From the NCBI GenBank assembly GCA_965285935.1, contig OZ260665.1, positions 28,086,001 through 28,150,000 on the forward strand: 64,000 nucleotides of DNA, written 5' to 3'. Every line of letters starts with the position of its first letter. Position 1 is the stretch's first letter. The translations under genes were made by a program, and so were the position numbers. The stretch is from Ophelia neglecta. Its lineage: Eukaryota. Below the pieces are notes generated by a model. That model was not told where the DNA came from and made no database searches. It saw only the letters and a program-made list of their open reading frames with translations. This document shows, piece by piece, positions 11,530 through 22,990 of the stretch.

Positions 11530-13370
11530 TGTCCCTGGCTATAGGCCTTGTCATGTCCCTGCCTGTAGTCTATCTTGTCCCTGGCTATAGGCCTTGTCAT
11601 GTCCCTGGCTTGCCTGTGTCATGTCCCTGGCTTTAGTCTGTGTCATGTCTCTGGCTTGTCTGTGTCATGTCCCTGGCTTGTCTGTGTCATGTCCCTGGCT
11701 TGTCTGTGTCATGTCCCTGGCTTGTCTGTGTCATGTCCCTGGCTTTAGTCTGTGTCATGTCCCTGGCTTGTCTGTGTCATGTCCTTTGCTTGTCTGTGTC
11801 ATGTCCCTGGCTTGTCTGTGTCATGTCCTTGCTTGTCTGTGTCATGTCCCTGGCTTGTCCCTGGCTTGTCTTTGTCATGTCCCTGGCTTGTGTGTGTCAT
11901 GTCCCTTGCTTGTCTGTGTCATGTCCCTGGCTTGTGTGTGTCATGTCCCTTGCTTGTCTGTGTCATGTCCCTGGCTTGTCCCTGGCTTGTCTTTGTCATG
12001 TCCCTGGCTTGTCTGTGTCATGTCCTTGGCTTGTCTGTGTCATGTCCTTGCTTGTCTGTGTCATGTCCCTGGCTTGTCCCTGGCTTGTCTTTGTCATGTC
12101 CCTGGCTTGTCTGAGTCATGTCCCTGGCTTGTCTGTGTCATGTCCCTTGCTTGTCTGTGTCATGTCCCTGGCTTGTCTGTGTCATGTCCCTGGCTTGTCT
12201 GTGTCATGTCTCTGGCTTGTCTGTGTCATGTCTCTGGCTTGTCTGTGTCATGTCTCTGGCTTGTCTGTGTCAAGTCCCTGGCTTGTCAGTGTCATGTCTC
12301 TGGCTTGTCTGTGTCATGTCTCTGGCTTGTCTGTGTCGTGTCCCTAGCTTGTCCCTGGCTTGTCAGTGTCATGTCCCTTGCTTGTCTGTGTCATGTCCCT
12401 GGCTTGTCTTTGTCTTGTCTCTGGCTTGTCTGTGTCATGTCCCTGGCTTGTCTGTGTCATGTCCCTGACTTGTCTGTGTCATGTCCCTTGCTTGTCTGTG
12501 TCATGTCTCTGGTTTGTCTAGTGTCATGTCCCTGGCTTGTCTGTGTCATGTCCCTGGCTTGTCTTTGTCATGTCCCTTGCTTGTCTGTGTCATGTCTCTG
12601 GCTTGTCTGTGTCATGTCTCTGGCTTGTCTGTGTCATGTCCCTTGCTTGTCTGTGTCATGTCTCTGGTTTGTCTAGTGTCATGTCCCTGGCTTGTCTGTG
12701 TCATGTCCCTGGCTTGCCTGTGTCATGTCCCTGGCTTGTCTGTGTCATGTCCTTGGCTTGTCTGTGTCAAGTCCCTGGCTTGTCCCTGGCTTGTCTTTGT
12801 CATGTCCCTGGCTTGTCTTTGTCATGTCCCTGGCTTGTCTGAGTCATGTCCCTGGCTGTAGTCTGTCTTGTCCCTGGCTATAGGCCTTGTCATGCCCCTT
12901 GCTTGTTTGTATCATGGCCTTGGCTTGTCTGTGTCATGTCCCTGGCTTGTCTGTGTCATGTCCTTGCTTGTCTGTGTCATGTCCCTGGCTTGTCCTTGGC
13001 TTGTCTTTGTCATGTCCCTGGCTTGTCTGTGTCATGTCCTTGGCTTGTCTGTGTCATGTTCCTGGCTTGTCTGTGTCATGTCTCTGGCTTGTCTGTGTCC
13101 AAGTCCCTGGCTTGTCTGTGTCATGTCCTTGGCTTGTCTGTGTCAAGTCCCTGGCTTGTCCCTGGCTTGTCTTTGTCATGGCCCTGGCTTGTCTGAGTCA
13201 TGTCCCTTGCTTGTCTGTGTTATGTCCTTGGCTTGTCTGTGTCATGTCCCTGGCTTGTGTGTGTCATGTCTCTGGCTTGTGTGTGTCATGTCTCTGGCTT
13301 GTCTGTGTCAAGTCCCTGGCTTGTCAGTGTCATGTCTCTGGCTTGTCTGTGTCATGTCTCTGGCTTGTTT
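11530..13370. repeat. Minisatellite, 22-bp unit (GTCATGTCCCTGGCTTGTCTGT), with 11-bp half units, about 80 copies
   Basis: Direct periodicity (11664 to 11686). Source of all Cys/Leu-rich ORFs at 11.6-13.5 kb. Confidence 0.96.
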
Positions 13371-14456
13371 ATATCCATTTCTTGTCTATGTCTTATCCCT
13401 TGCTTGGTTCTCCAGTCTTATCTCATATTCAAAAACTTATTCTTTTTCAAAATAGAATTAATTTTTAAATAAATGAGATTAATTTTGACATCAAGGAATA
13501 TATGGGAGGTATGAAAAATTCCATTTTATGGCACACAGCTTGTTTCTTAGCTCTTCCTGCTGGGAGTGAGTACTAAACTCGTTTTTATTCAGTCAGACGT
13601 CCTTTAGCGATGCTCATGAATAGAACCATTAGTTTTCCTTCCACAGCCATCATTAAATGTGTGTCTAACTTATTAACTTGATTATAATTGTGTTATGCCT
13701 AGTGCCTTTGGTGAGGAGTGGCTTTTGTGATGAGCGGTGTGTTTGATGGGTGGTTTCTGTGATAGGCTGTCCATGTTTGAGGAGGTGTTTGACAGCTCTG
13801 ATACACATCTCTGACTTATCACCCCACCACTCTGTTCATTATACCCCTGCCCACCTAAAGTATGAGCTCCCCTTCCTCTCAGCCATCCAACTGTCTACTA
13901 AATCCCCATCTTACCTCGATACAGATCGACAAATCTTGCTTAGTGTCCGAAGTATTGGAGATTGTGGTTGTATCACTGTGATGTGGCACCTGATGGCGAC
14001 ATTAGAGGAAATTTATAAGTTAGCCTTGTATATGGTCTGGCTTAGCAGACTGCAGGTCATTGAGGGAGCAGCCTTGTTGGCAGTCACAAGGCACTGCAAT
14101 TGGCTGTATGTGCATGTGACAGTACCATATTTATTATTGATAAATAATAAGTCCATCCTAAAGCCCAGACTTACCTTTAATATTAATGGAACAAACTACC
14201 AAAGCCCACTTATTTACAGACCACTGAGTGCTGACATGTTAAGTCTCTGACCTAATAAGCTTCAAATGTCTGTCCAGTTTTCCAAGTTGCATTAAGTTTT
14301 CAACAAGATAAAGGCCTAAGTGTGGATGGAGTTTATCTTTTCTAACCAGTTCTTATAGTAAAGAATATGGCCATTTATTTTGCTTAATCAAGGAACTTAA
14401 AAAGTAGATTGCCTGTTTGCAATTCATGAGTTGCCACCAAATTAGCAGACCTGTCT

Positions 14457-14750
14457 TGTGGCCCTCTAGTTGTGCCCCGTGGGTCACGGGGCCGACCCTA
14501 GGGCCATATAGCCTGCAAGGCCTGCTCACACCCTCCTTTATATTCATACCTCAGAAATAGCCGTCCGCTGGGTCCCTGTCTCCATATCTCTGGGGTGGTT
14601 TAGGGGGGTCAACTCAGAGGCCACAACCCCTGCCCGCAAGGGCCGGGGACCAGTCTAAATTGGAGGCAGGCCAGAGATGTATAACCCCGGTTCCAATCTA
14701 TATAGGCGGGTCTAGTGAGTTACGACCGTGGAGGGCGCGAGGGCGTAGGA
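14457..14750. other. GC-rich multi-hairpin element (structured nucleic acid or palindromic transposon end)
   Basis: Stem GCCCCGTG-GGT-CACGGGGC at 14474-14492 inside TGTGGCCCT/AGGGCCATA. CCCCTGCCC-GCAA-GGGCCGGGG at 14627-14648. Two 10-bp long-range complementary pairs. Confidence 0.55.
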
Positions 14751-17014
14751 ATAATGAACTTTTTTCTCTGTGTTTAGATTTCTGAGCCCTGTATAAGATG
14801 GTAAAGATTATCTATGGCTGTTTAGATCAGAGTTAAATGAACTGCGCTGACATAAAGTAGGAGCCTGTGAATAATACCCGGCCTGACGCATGGTCTAACC
14901 AGAGTTAGAGCCAGCAGCACAGCAAATTGAATGCCCCACCAATCACAGTAACAGCATTCACAGGCTGACAGGCCCAGGGTAAATGAATAAAGAGTTTCAC
15001 TCCTTATATAATCTGGAAAGACAAATGACTTTTAACAACACACAGTGGACACAAATTATAGAATAAAGTGAAAACTATATAATTTGAGAATATATCTTTC
15101 TGTACTGAAGCTTCATGGCACTGTGCATGTAACAAACATGGCTTTTTAATATACCATTTAACAGTATCTGATGTAAAGTAGTGAGTGAAATCCAGCTAGC
15201 AACATTCATTCTCACAGACTGAGGCTGGTGACAATGATAACTATCTTTTATTCCTCCTTACAACAGTAGAGTGCAAAAGAAAAGTATACAGGAACATGAA
15301 TAATGTGAAAGGATTACATTAAATTAATTACAGTATGTGGCCTCTGATAGCCATTTAGACAGAAGGGCCTTATGCATGGCTTGGATTGCCAGGGCTACCT
15401 CCACGCTGACCACTGTGGTGTCTGTCGCATAGCTTTCATTTTTCGACAGAATCCACAACTTCCTATGCAGTAGGGGGGAACCAAGGTCACCAGAGTATGT
15501 CCCAGACAGGAGAAGTTCCTTCTCTCTCCTGGCTAGCTCTACGGTTACTCCTTCTTAGCAATAGACAGTCTTAACAAGTTCCATATTAATGGCACCTATG
15601 GAAAAAAAAAACCAGAAAAGGTCATATGAGCTTACAGCATATGTACGGGGTACATTTGGTGACTACACAGCCTGCATTTTAATGGCCCTCAATTTATGTC
15701 GCAGGAATGTCTGTTTTCCTGTAAATCTAAAGGCATTTGGCATGGAAGTAATAGAGTAATCTGCTCTGTATGATTACAAGTTATATGTCAGTATCTGTCA
15801 TTACCCTAGCCTGAACCCAGGCTTGATTCAACCTCCTCCCACTTCAGGACAATTTCACCTTTCAAGAAACTGTCAGCAATGTCTTAAAACGGTTTACACT
15901 TGTGTGCGAAAACATGTCACTGTATCAACCGACTGATGTGTAGTTGTCATATTGACGTTAAGATCTGACAACTACCTTCAAATCACAATATTCCTGTCAA
16001 ATTTCACAGCAAGGCAACCAATAAAATAGCTAGCTTGATTAAGTCGTCCACTTCTATGATAAAGACGTGGTATGCTTTGGTGTAGTTTGATTGTAAAACT
16101 TAATTGAAGCAACACACTGCAGTGCCAAACAAGGTTCAGATCTGCTGTCCTCAGCCCAAACTACAATAATACAATCTATAATGGGATAAAAGTCTTCTAA
16201 AAGTGTTGGCTCTTAAATATTTCCTTCCCAGCCTGATGAATAATGGCCATATGCATCAATACTGTAAACCAGAATATGTTCCCAGCAGGCTCGGCCACAG
16301 GAAGGGGTCATGGTTTTGGAGTGGGGCCTTATTTAACAAATTGTATGTTTGCAGGTCAATGGTACTGGACCAATGTACTCAAGTAGTTGAGGTTCCAATT
16401 GATTATGTTTGTGCACAAACTTTTGCCAATTTCCAGCAGTTGTGAACAATTGCACACATTCCCTGGGTTTGGTATGTGATTTGTTTTGATAAGGCGTAGA
16501 TCAAATAATGTTTGTTATCTTCAGATTCACAGGGCTTCATACTTTGCAGATGCCTTCGTGGAAATTTAAGTTTTTATTTAAACTTTCAAATTCTGTTTTC
16601 TGCATATAGGGATTATTTTAAAGACCCTGTCCCGTGCCTGTTAGCAGTACATTCCACTTCCCCAGGGGACAACTGATGTTAAGAAAACAGCTCTCTTTCA
16701 AGACATCAAGAGCTGGTGTGGACAACCGACACTTGTTGGGGAAGTTGGACAGACTGTCGTCTGCTGTCTGCTCTGCTCCCATCTATGGCTACTGGAGCTC
16801 CTATCTTTGGGAGCAGTGATAGAAGACAGAGAGCTGCATCTTCGGACAGATCTTTGCTGTTGTGATAACTAGTGTATAATGTGGCCAAAATGCTTAAAAA
16901 ACATTCTAAGAAAGATGTGACATAAATATAATGAGCATTTCTCCTGGCTACTCATCTCACTCAGGCATTTGCTGGCAAAATGAATATTTCAATTTAAAAA
17001 TCCAAAGTTGGTGG

Positions 17015-17100
17015 TTGTCTTGGCTGGGACTCAAATCCACAACCCTTGTGATACCACCACCTAGCCCAGCAATATCAGCAACTCTATCCATTGTGCAACA
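17015..17100 (-). mobile_element. Degenerate tRNA-like SINE head
   Basis: The minus strand reads GTTGCACAATGGATAG (A-box-like) ... GGATTTGAGTCCC (B-box-like). No cloverleaf can be built. Confidence 0.35.
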
Positions 17101-17274
17101 TCAACAAAAATTACCCTAAATCAGCTTTATGTGCATACAACAAGACTCAGTTGTTAATTATTATTTGATTCCTTTGTGCCAGTAACCATGAACTGTTTGA
17201 AAAAGTGTATAATGTATAAGAGGAATACAAAAACAGCAGTCCTTTCCTATCATTGGATGCCTAAAACCCACCCA

Positions 17275-17575
17275 CCACCAAAATGTGACCGAGTGGCGTC
17301 TGCCTTGCAAGTGGTAGCTAGGGGTTCAAATCCCGATCTAAAATAGGTGCTGATAGCTACCCTGCCAGGCTTCCCTAGTATATCAGGGGTAGTATCAGGA
17401 CTAAACCCGGTGTCAGTATAATGTGACTGGGTGGGGTTCCCTGTCTGGTGTCTACAGCAGGTACTCCAGTGACGCAGCACTCTAAAGAGGGCATTGAGCC
17501 CTCTGTCACAAGTAGGCACCATGGCGATATGACCAGATAAGTGTTGAAGCCACGTAAAACCCAAAACAACCAACC
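17275..17575 (+). mobile_element. tRNA-derived SINE, about 300 bp, with a core resembling mollusc Meta/MESC-type SINEs
   Basis: A-box-like TGACCGAGTGG at 17286-17296 and B box GGTTCAAATCC at 17323-17333. Core GTGTCAGTATAATGTGACTGGGTGGG...CTCTGTCACAAGTAGGCACC. Tail ...CGTAAAACCCAAAACAACCAACC. Family assignment is from memory. Confidence 0.8.
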
Positions 17576-18149
17576 TAATTTTTTTGGCCCCCCTACAAGT
17601 AGTATCAGATTCTGTAATATTACTTCAGTAATACTTCGGCTCTTTGATGCCATCCTAAGGTCATTGTGTAACAGGCAGCATTTCTTGTGCAAGTGAAAAA
17701 ATTGCAGAAAGAATTATTTGCAAATTTGCAAATGTACACATTATTTTTGCGATGGCACTGATTCATTTCATAAGAGCTGTAGGGATAAGTTTTTGTGAGA
17801 ATTTAATTTACAAATTTAAAAATAGCCAATTAAGCTACTTAAATTTTACATTTTTTATATTTGGTTTATAGAAATGTAATATATAAACAGCAAATAGTGA
17901 AAGTAGCATGCTAGATATCATAAGGAAACATATGTACCACACAAGTGAGTTTATCATCACCATTCCTATCAATTCTGACCACCATAAGTTTATCTATGGG
18001 TCAAAAGTAACCTCTATTATAAAAACACCCATTTTTTTTTATTAATTATGAACTTGAGACCTATATACATTGACCTATTTATTTGTAGATGTTAACCCAT
18101 TAGCTTCCAGTGAGTATATTAAATATAGTAAGAATGTAAAAGGTGGGTA

Positions 18150-18627
18150 CAATGGTCCCTGCGATGTAGGGACACCTCTAAAGTCAACCAATAGTGTCCC
18201 TACATAGCAGGTGTCCCTTCATAAGAGGGACATTAACATAGGAAAGATAGGACATGGGCATTCAACAATGTCCTGTGGTCGGAAGGAGTCGCTTCATCAG
18301 AGGGACATTAACATAGGAAAGATAGTACAGAGGTCCCCGCGATGTAGGGGCCCCTCTACATCTGAGAAAAAGTGTCCCTATATAGCAGTTGTCCCTTCAT
18401 CAGAGGGACATTAACATAGGAAAGATAAGACATGGGCATAGAAAAATGTCTTGTGGTTGAAGGGAGTCCCTTCATCGGAGGGTCCCTTCATCGCAGGAAC
18501 CACTGTATGTCCTGTGGTCAGAGGGAGTTCCTTCATCGGAGGGTCCCTTTATCTCACATACCACTGTATGTCCTGTGGTTGAAGGAAGTCCCTTCATCGG
18601 AGGGTCCCTTCATCGCAGGGACCACTG
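18150..18627. mobile_element. Compound/nested Tc1-mariner-type MITE cluster
   Basis: TA|CAATGGTCCCTGCGATGTAGGGAC ... GTCCCTTCATCGCAGGGACCACTG|TA, a 24-bp TIR with 2 mismatches. An internal complete 178-bp copy at 18328-18505 is also TA-flanked. Confidence 0.85.
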
Positions 18628-19974
18628 TATACCCAGCCGCCAAACAGGATCACCAGCATAGTCATTTATCTCTGGCCATCAATTCCAGCAGGAACATGTT
18701 TTGTAGTACCATGTAAATTTTTATTGAAAAAAACCTTAATTAGACTTGACCAGTATATATCTCTTGGGTCTGAGTTTGTTGCCAATGGTTTGGCCCTTGT
18801 TTTATAGATCAGACCTGCTTCTGGCTCCCTGCGGACACAGGGGCACAGCGGCAGGTTCTTTTGATGTCCTGCTATGTGGTTTATCTTGTCAGGTGTGACA
18901 ACTATAGATGTCAGATGACAGCCTGGTCCAGCTATCTTATCTACCTGTATCTTCCTGTATCTACCTGGCCCGTCAGTCACTCTGATTACTGTGTGTGGGA
19001 GAGAAGGAGATTGTCTCAGTAATCACTGTGATACACTCCTTGTCTGTCTCCCTTTGACCCAGCCCTGTCAGTCAACTGTCTGTATACATTACTCACTCAT
19101 TGATCACAGGCATCTCAGCAGAAATATATACTTGTCATTTCCTCATTTCCGTCAAAAACGCCCCAGGGACTGTTAACTTAAAGACCACATTTCATTGTAT
19201 TGGTTCAGATTGTCAAGTTAGTCCCGGCCTGTGAGTGGAAGGCTTGGACTTGACTAATGTGATTATGTAAAGTCTTGTCAATGTTTATTAGCTGTCTGTT
19301 CACCTGATTAGACACCTTTCCTTATTCATTCCAACATCAAAGGCTTGATGTCACACTAATCTTCCCGAGTGGTAGCCCTCTTGATAAAATTACCTTTATT
19401 GGCCTCTGATAACAATGACAGTTATGTGGTGGTGGCTGATGGCCATCAAGTGCACCGCTCCGCAGCGGTCACTTTTGTTGTGGTCAGCTTTCTGCCGTTA
19501 TCTGTTGACAGTCAAGTGACAGGTGCCTCAGTCTCTTTACACACCTAGCCAGACATGACAAACTCACTTGTAAATATCGTAAAATACCATTTGAACTAGG
19601 CTAATGGCCCTGCACAATGCGCAAACATGTTCTCTTACTTACATGTCTTTGATAACCAGAAGTGCTGCCAAGGCCAAAGCTGAAGATTAGACACTAGGTT
19701 CTCCGCTTTGTCATCATAATAATGTATTGATCAAGCTGAAAAGTTGATGGTACTGTGAGTCAGCTAAATAATGGACACTAAAAATTCCAGCAACCCAAAA
19801 CCAGCTAGGATGATTAATAAAGTGACACACAGATTGAGGTAACTGTCAGCAGAGCCATCATACACTAACATCAAGAACCAAGCAAGAGTTCAACACATTT
19901 GTTATGAACCATGTGAGAGCCGGTAACAAGTTGTCAAGAACCATGTGAGAGCTGGTCAACACATTCAAAGCCTT

Positions 19975-20720
19975 AACCTTCAGCCAACTTACACCTCTGT
20001 CTTCCCCTTCCCCTAACCTACCTCTTCACCTTGACCTTGACCTCCGCCTACTCCTTGACCTTCAACTCGACTTCCAGCTGCACCTTCACCTCCATCTTTA
20101 CCTTCACCTTGACCTCCCTCTTCACCTCCATCTTCTCCTTGACCCTCACCTCCAGCTTCTTGACCTTCACCTCCACCTTCACCTACCTCTTTACATTAAC
20201 CTTCACCTCCATCTTGACCTCCCTCTTCACTTCCATCTTCCCCTTGACCTTCAACTTCCCCTCCAGCTTCACCCCTACCCTCACATCAAACCTCCAGGGC
20301 AATGACTCCTTGATTGCCTCCACCCTCATTTCATCATCACCTCCACCTTAACCTCCATCCTCACCTCCAGCTTCACCTCCAGCTTCACCTCCAGCTTCAC
20401 CTCCAGCTAAACCTTGACCACAACCTTCTTGATCTTCACCACCAACATCATCTTCAGCATCACCTCCACCCTCACATCATACCTCCAGGGCCATGACCCC
20501 TTGCTCGCCTCCACCCTCACATCATACTCACCTCCACCTTAACCTCTTCCTCCGCCTCCATCCTAATCTCCAGCTCCATGTTCACCTTCACCTCTGTGTT
20601 CAACAGCACCTCTGGAGCCATGATCACCTTTTGGAAACATTCACACCCAGCTTGTGAATCACTAACACCTTCATATCACCTTTTACACATGTTCCCTTTC
20701 CTTTTACCTTTTACTGTATA
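19975..20720. repeat. C/T-rich low-complexity repeat (CTTCAC/CTCCAG hexamers)
   Basis: Hexamer periodicity. Gives Thr/Ser/Phe- and His/Leu-rich spurious ORFs. Confidence 0.9.
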
Positions 20721-22596
20721 TTTCAACTGTATCTTTACTTTTATTTAACAACACCTTTTATCTGTACCACTACCTTTTAGGTTTTGTTAACACCTTTGCC
20801 CATTGGGTTTCTCTCTATTCTCTCAGCCCTAAAGACAGTCAGTCACCAGATATAGTAGCACTCATGATGGCTGCTCCCTGCTCCTGTTGGCTCAGCATCT
20901 TTGTGATTGCTTGCATTATATCTGGCATTAATCACCCCATTGTTTCTCCAGCTCACTAATTACAAGCCAAGCTATCTCTTGTCTGCCAAATAATGGAACC
21001 TGTTTGGCAGCGGCCCATTATGTGGGGCAGGTTGATAGGTTTGTGCAGGCCGCCATGAATCAAAACACCAGGAATAATGACGGGGTTATGGTCATCAATC
21101 ATGGCCACCCGCCCGTCTTTGATCTAACCAGGTGTATGGTGCCAACATCCAGAACTTCTGCTGAATTATAGCTTGATGTGCTTCCCCTGACATATGATGA
21201 CTGTATACCTCACATTATACACTTGGCACTCCGTCTTTATAGAGCTATAAATGACCTGCCTGTAGTCTATGCCAATTTTCAACTGTGACAATTTATCACA
21301 TATCACTTGTCAGTAGGTAGAATATTTTAGGTGTGGGTTGATTTGTTGTGTAACCAAGGGGATCACAATGTCTATGTTTGTCAGGAATTAACTGAGATAA
21401 TGTCTGTGTCTATTTTACAAGGCTCACGTCCCCTTCTCATCACAGTAGACTGCTGGATTTTAGTAAAAAATATGGCAGGCAATATACTCTACAAGTCTAG
21501 ATGCACCCAAAATAATATAAATAGCTATGGGCAAGTGGCCTGAGATAGGTGGTTGTGATTAATAGCCGAGTTGAAAGCCTGATATTATTTTGATATGTTA
21601 TTTATTACTTGTGAACATTTGTATGACTTTTGACTGCTGGTCTTAGCTGTTGACACCCCGTCATTTAAGGCAAACCGACTATTAGTTATGATTATTTATT
21701 ATGAGACTTTATTAGCATGGGACTGTCAGCCAAATTGAAGAGAATATAGCATTAGAATTCAACAAGTTTGTGATCTGAAATAACCAATGGTTTTCAAACA
21801 GGACATGTTAGATTAATGAGTAGGAGAATACCTATAAACTAAGCATGGATTCACAAATTAAAACATGCTCACTTCAGTATGCCATTTCTAAATCATATGC
21901 TGTGCACTTCCTTTACCTTCGGGTGGGTCTTGCTGTTGCAACAAAAACATTGTGTATGATGAAAATTTATAGGGCTGTTTTATCGGCTAAGACACAAATA
22001 AGTGTGGCAATAAACAGGAAAGGTAACCCCCAAGGGCCCATTGAACATTTTCTATTTTGAAGATATGTCAATTGTGTTTAAGATTTATGGTGGTGTTTTG
22101 CAGCATGGTATGAGGTCTTAAGCGATCAGTTAAGACACCCCGCTGAGCGAGATCAGCAAAATAAAGGTAGGAGATAGGATTGAAGAGCTCAATTAGGACA
22201 CAATGTTTGTTGATAATCACTAATAATTGACTGTTGAGATCTCCCAAACTGATGACTTGTGCTGTTGTCCTTGACGTTGATTAATGAAGCACGCCTGATA
22301 AATGGCGGTCTCCCCTTACGCCTCACATTTCTGTACTTGTTGGACTTGATAAGTTTATAAGCCTTTGTAATGTGATCTTGTATCACCTTAAGGTATTGCC
22401 GCACGAATGTGTTGGCTGGAAAAAGTAATGGCAGTTTTGCCGAGGCAGTGACACGTACAAATAGCCTGTATTCTGGTGCACTGAAAATAGTCATATTGAT
22501 TTCGTCATCAATTTTATAAGGAAATAAATCAGATAAGGAAGTCTATGATATCAAAAAACAAATTTTCTAACACTGAGATCATTACTTTTTATTGTG

Positions 22597-22990
22597 ACAC
22601 CTACCACTCCCACCCTTCTGAACTCATAGGCATAGTCTCCCTAGGACTGACACCTACCACCCCACCCCTCTCAACCCATGGGTCCGTTGTCCATTGGTCT
22701 GAAACCTACCACTCCACCCCTCTCAACCCTTGGGATGTTGTCCATAGGACTAAACCTACCAACCCAATCCTCTGGACCCTTGGGCATGTTATCCCTGGGC
22801 CTGAAACCTACCACCCACCCCTCTGAACTCATGGGTATGTTGTCCCTGGGTCTGACAACTACCACCCAACCCCTCTCAACCCTTGAGCCTGTTGTCCATG
22901 GGAGTAAACCTACCACCCCACCCCTCTCAACCCTTGAGCCTGTTGTCCATGTGACTAAACCTAACATTGCACCCCTCTCAACCCATAGGC
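22597..22990. repeat. Minisatellite, about 51-bp unit (AAACCTACCACCCCACCCCTCTCAACCC...), about 8 diverged copies
   Basis: Periodicity 22906 to 22957. Confidence 0.9.

Noticed and set aside
11594-13472. Long Cys/Leu-rich ORFs resembling keratin-associated proteins or metallothioneins
   Set aside because: The 22-bp unit is not a multiple of 3, all frames give the same rotating peptide, and there is no splice or start context.
13750-14250. 166-aa ORF in unique sequence
   Set aside because: GTG start, no recognisable domain and no exon boundaries.
16630-16890. Open frames of 60-75 codons on both strands
   Set aside because: No recognisable homology and no convincing paired splice sites.
17281-17340. 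Functional tRNA gene
   Set aside because: A and B boxes are present but there is no cloverleaf, and the sequence continues into a SINE body and tail.
19209-19258. Short hairpin containing TAGTCCCGGCCTG, similar to the 3' part of miR-92
   Set aside because: The ATTGCAC seed is absent, the match is on the wrong arm, and the stem is short and bulged.
22574-22583. TGAGATCATT, matching the start of bantam miRNA
   Set aside because: Only 10 nt match and there is no precursor hairpin.
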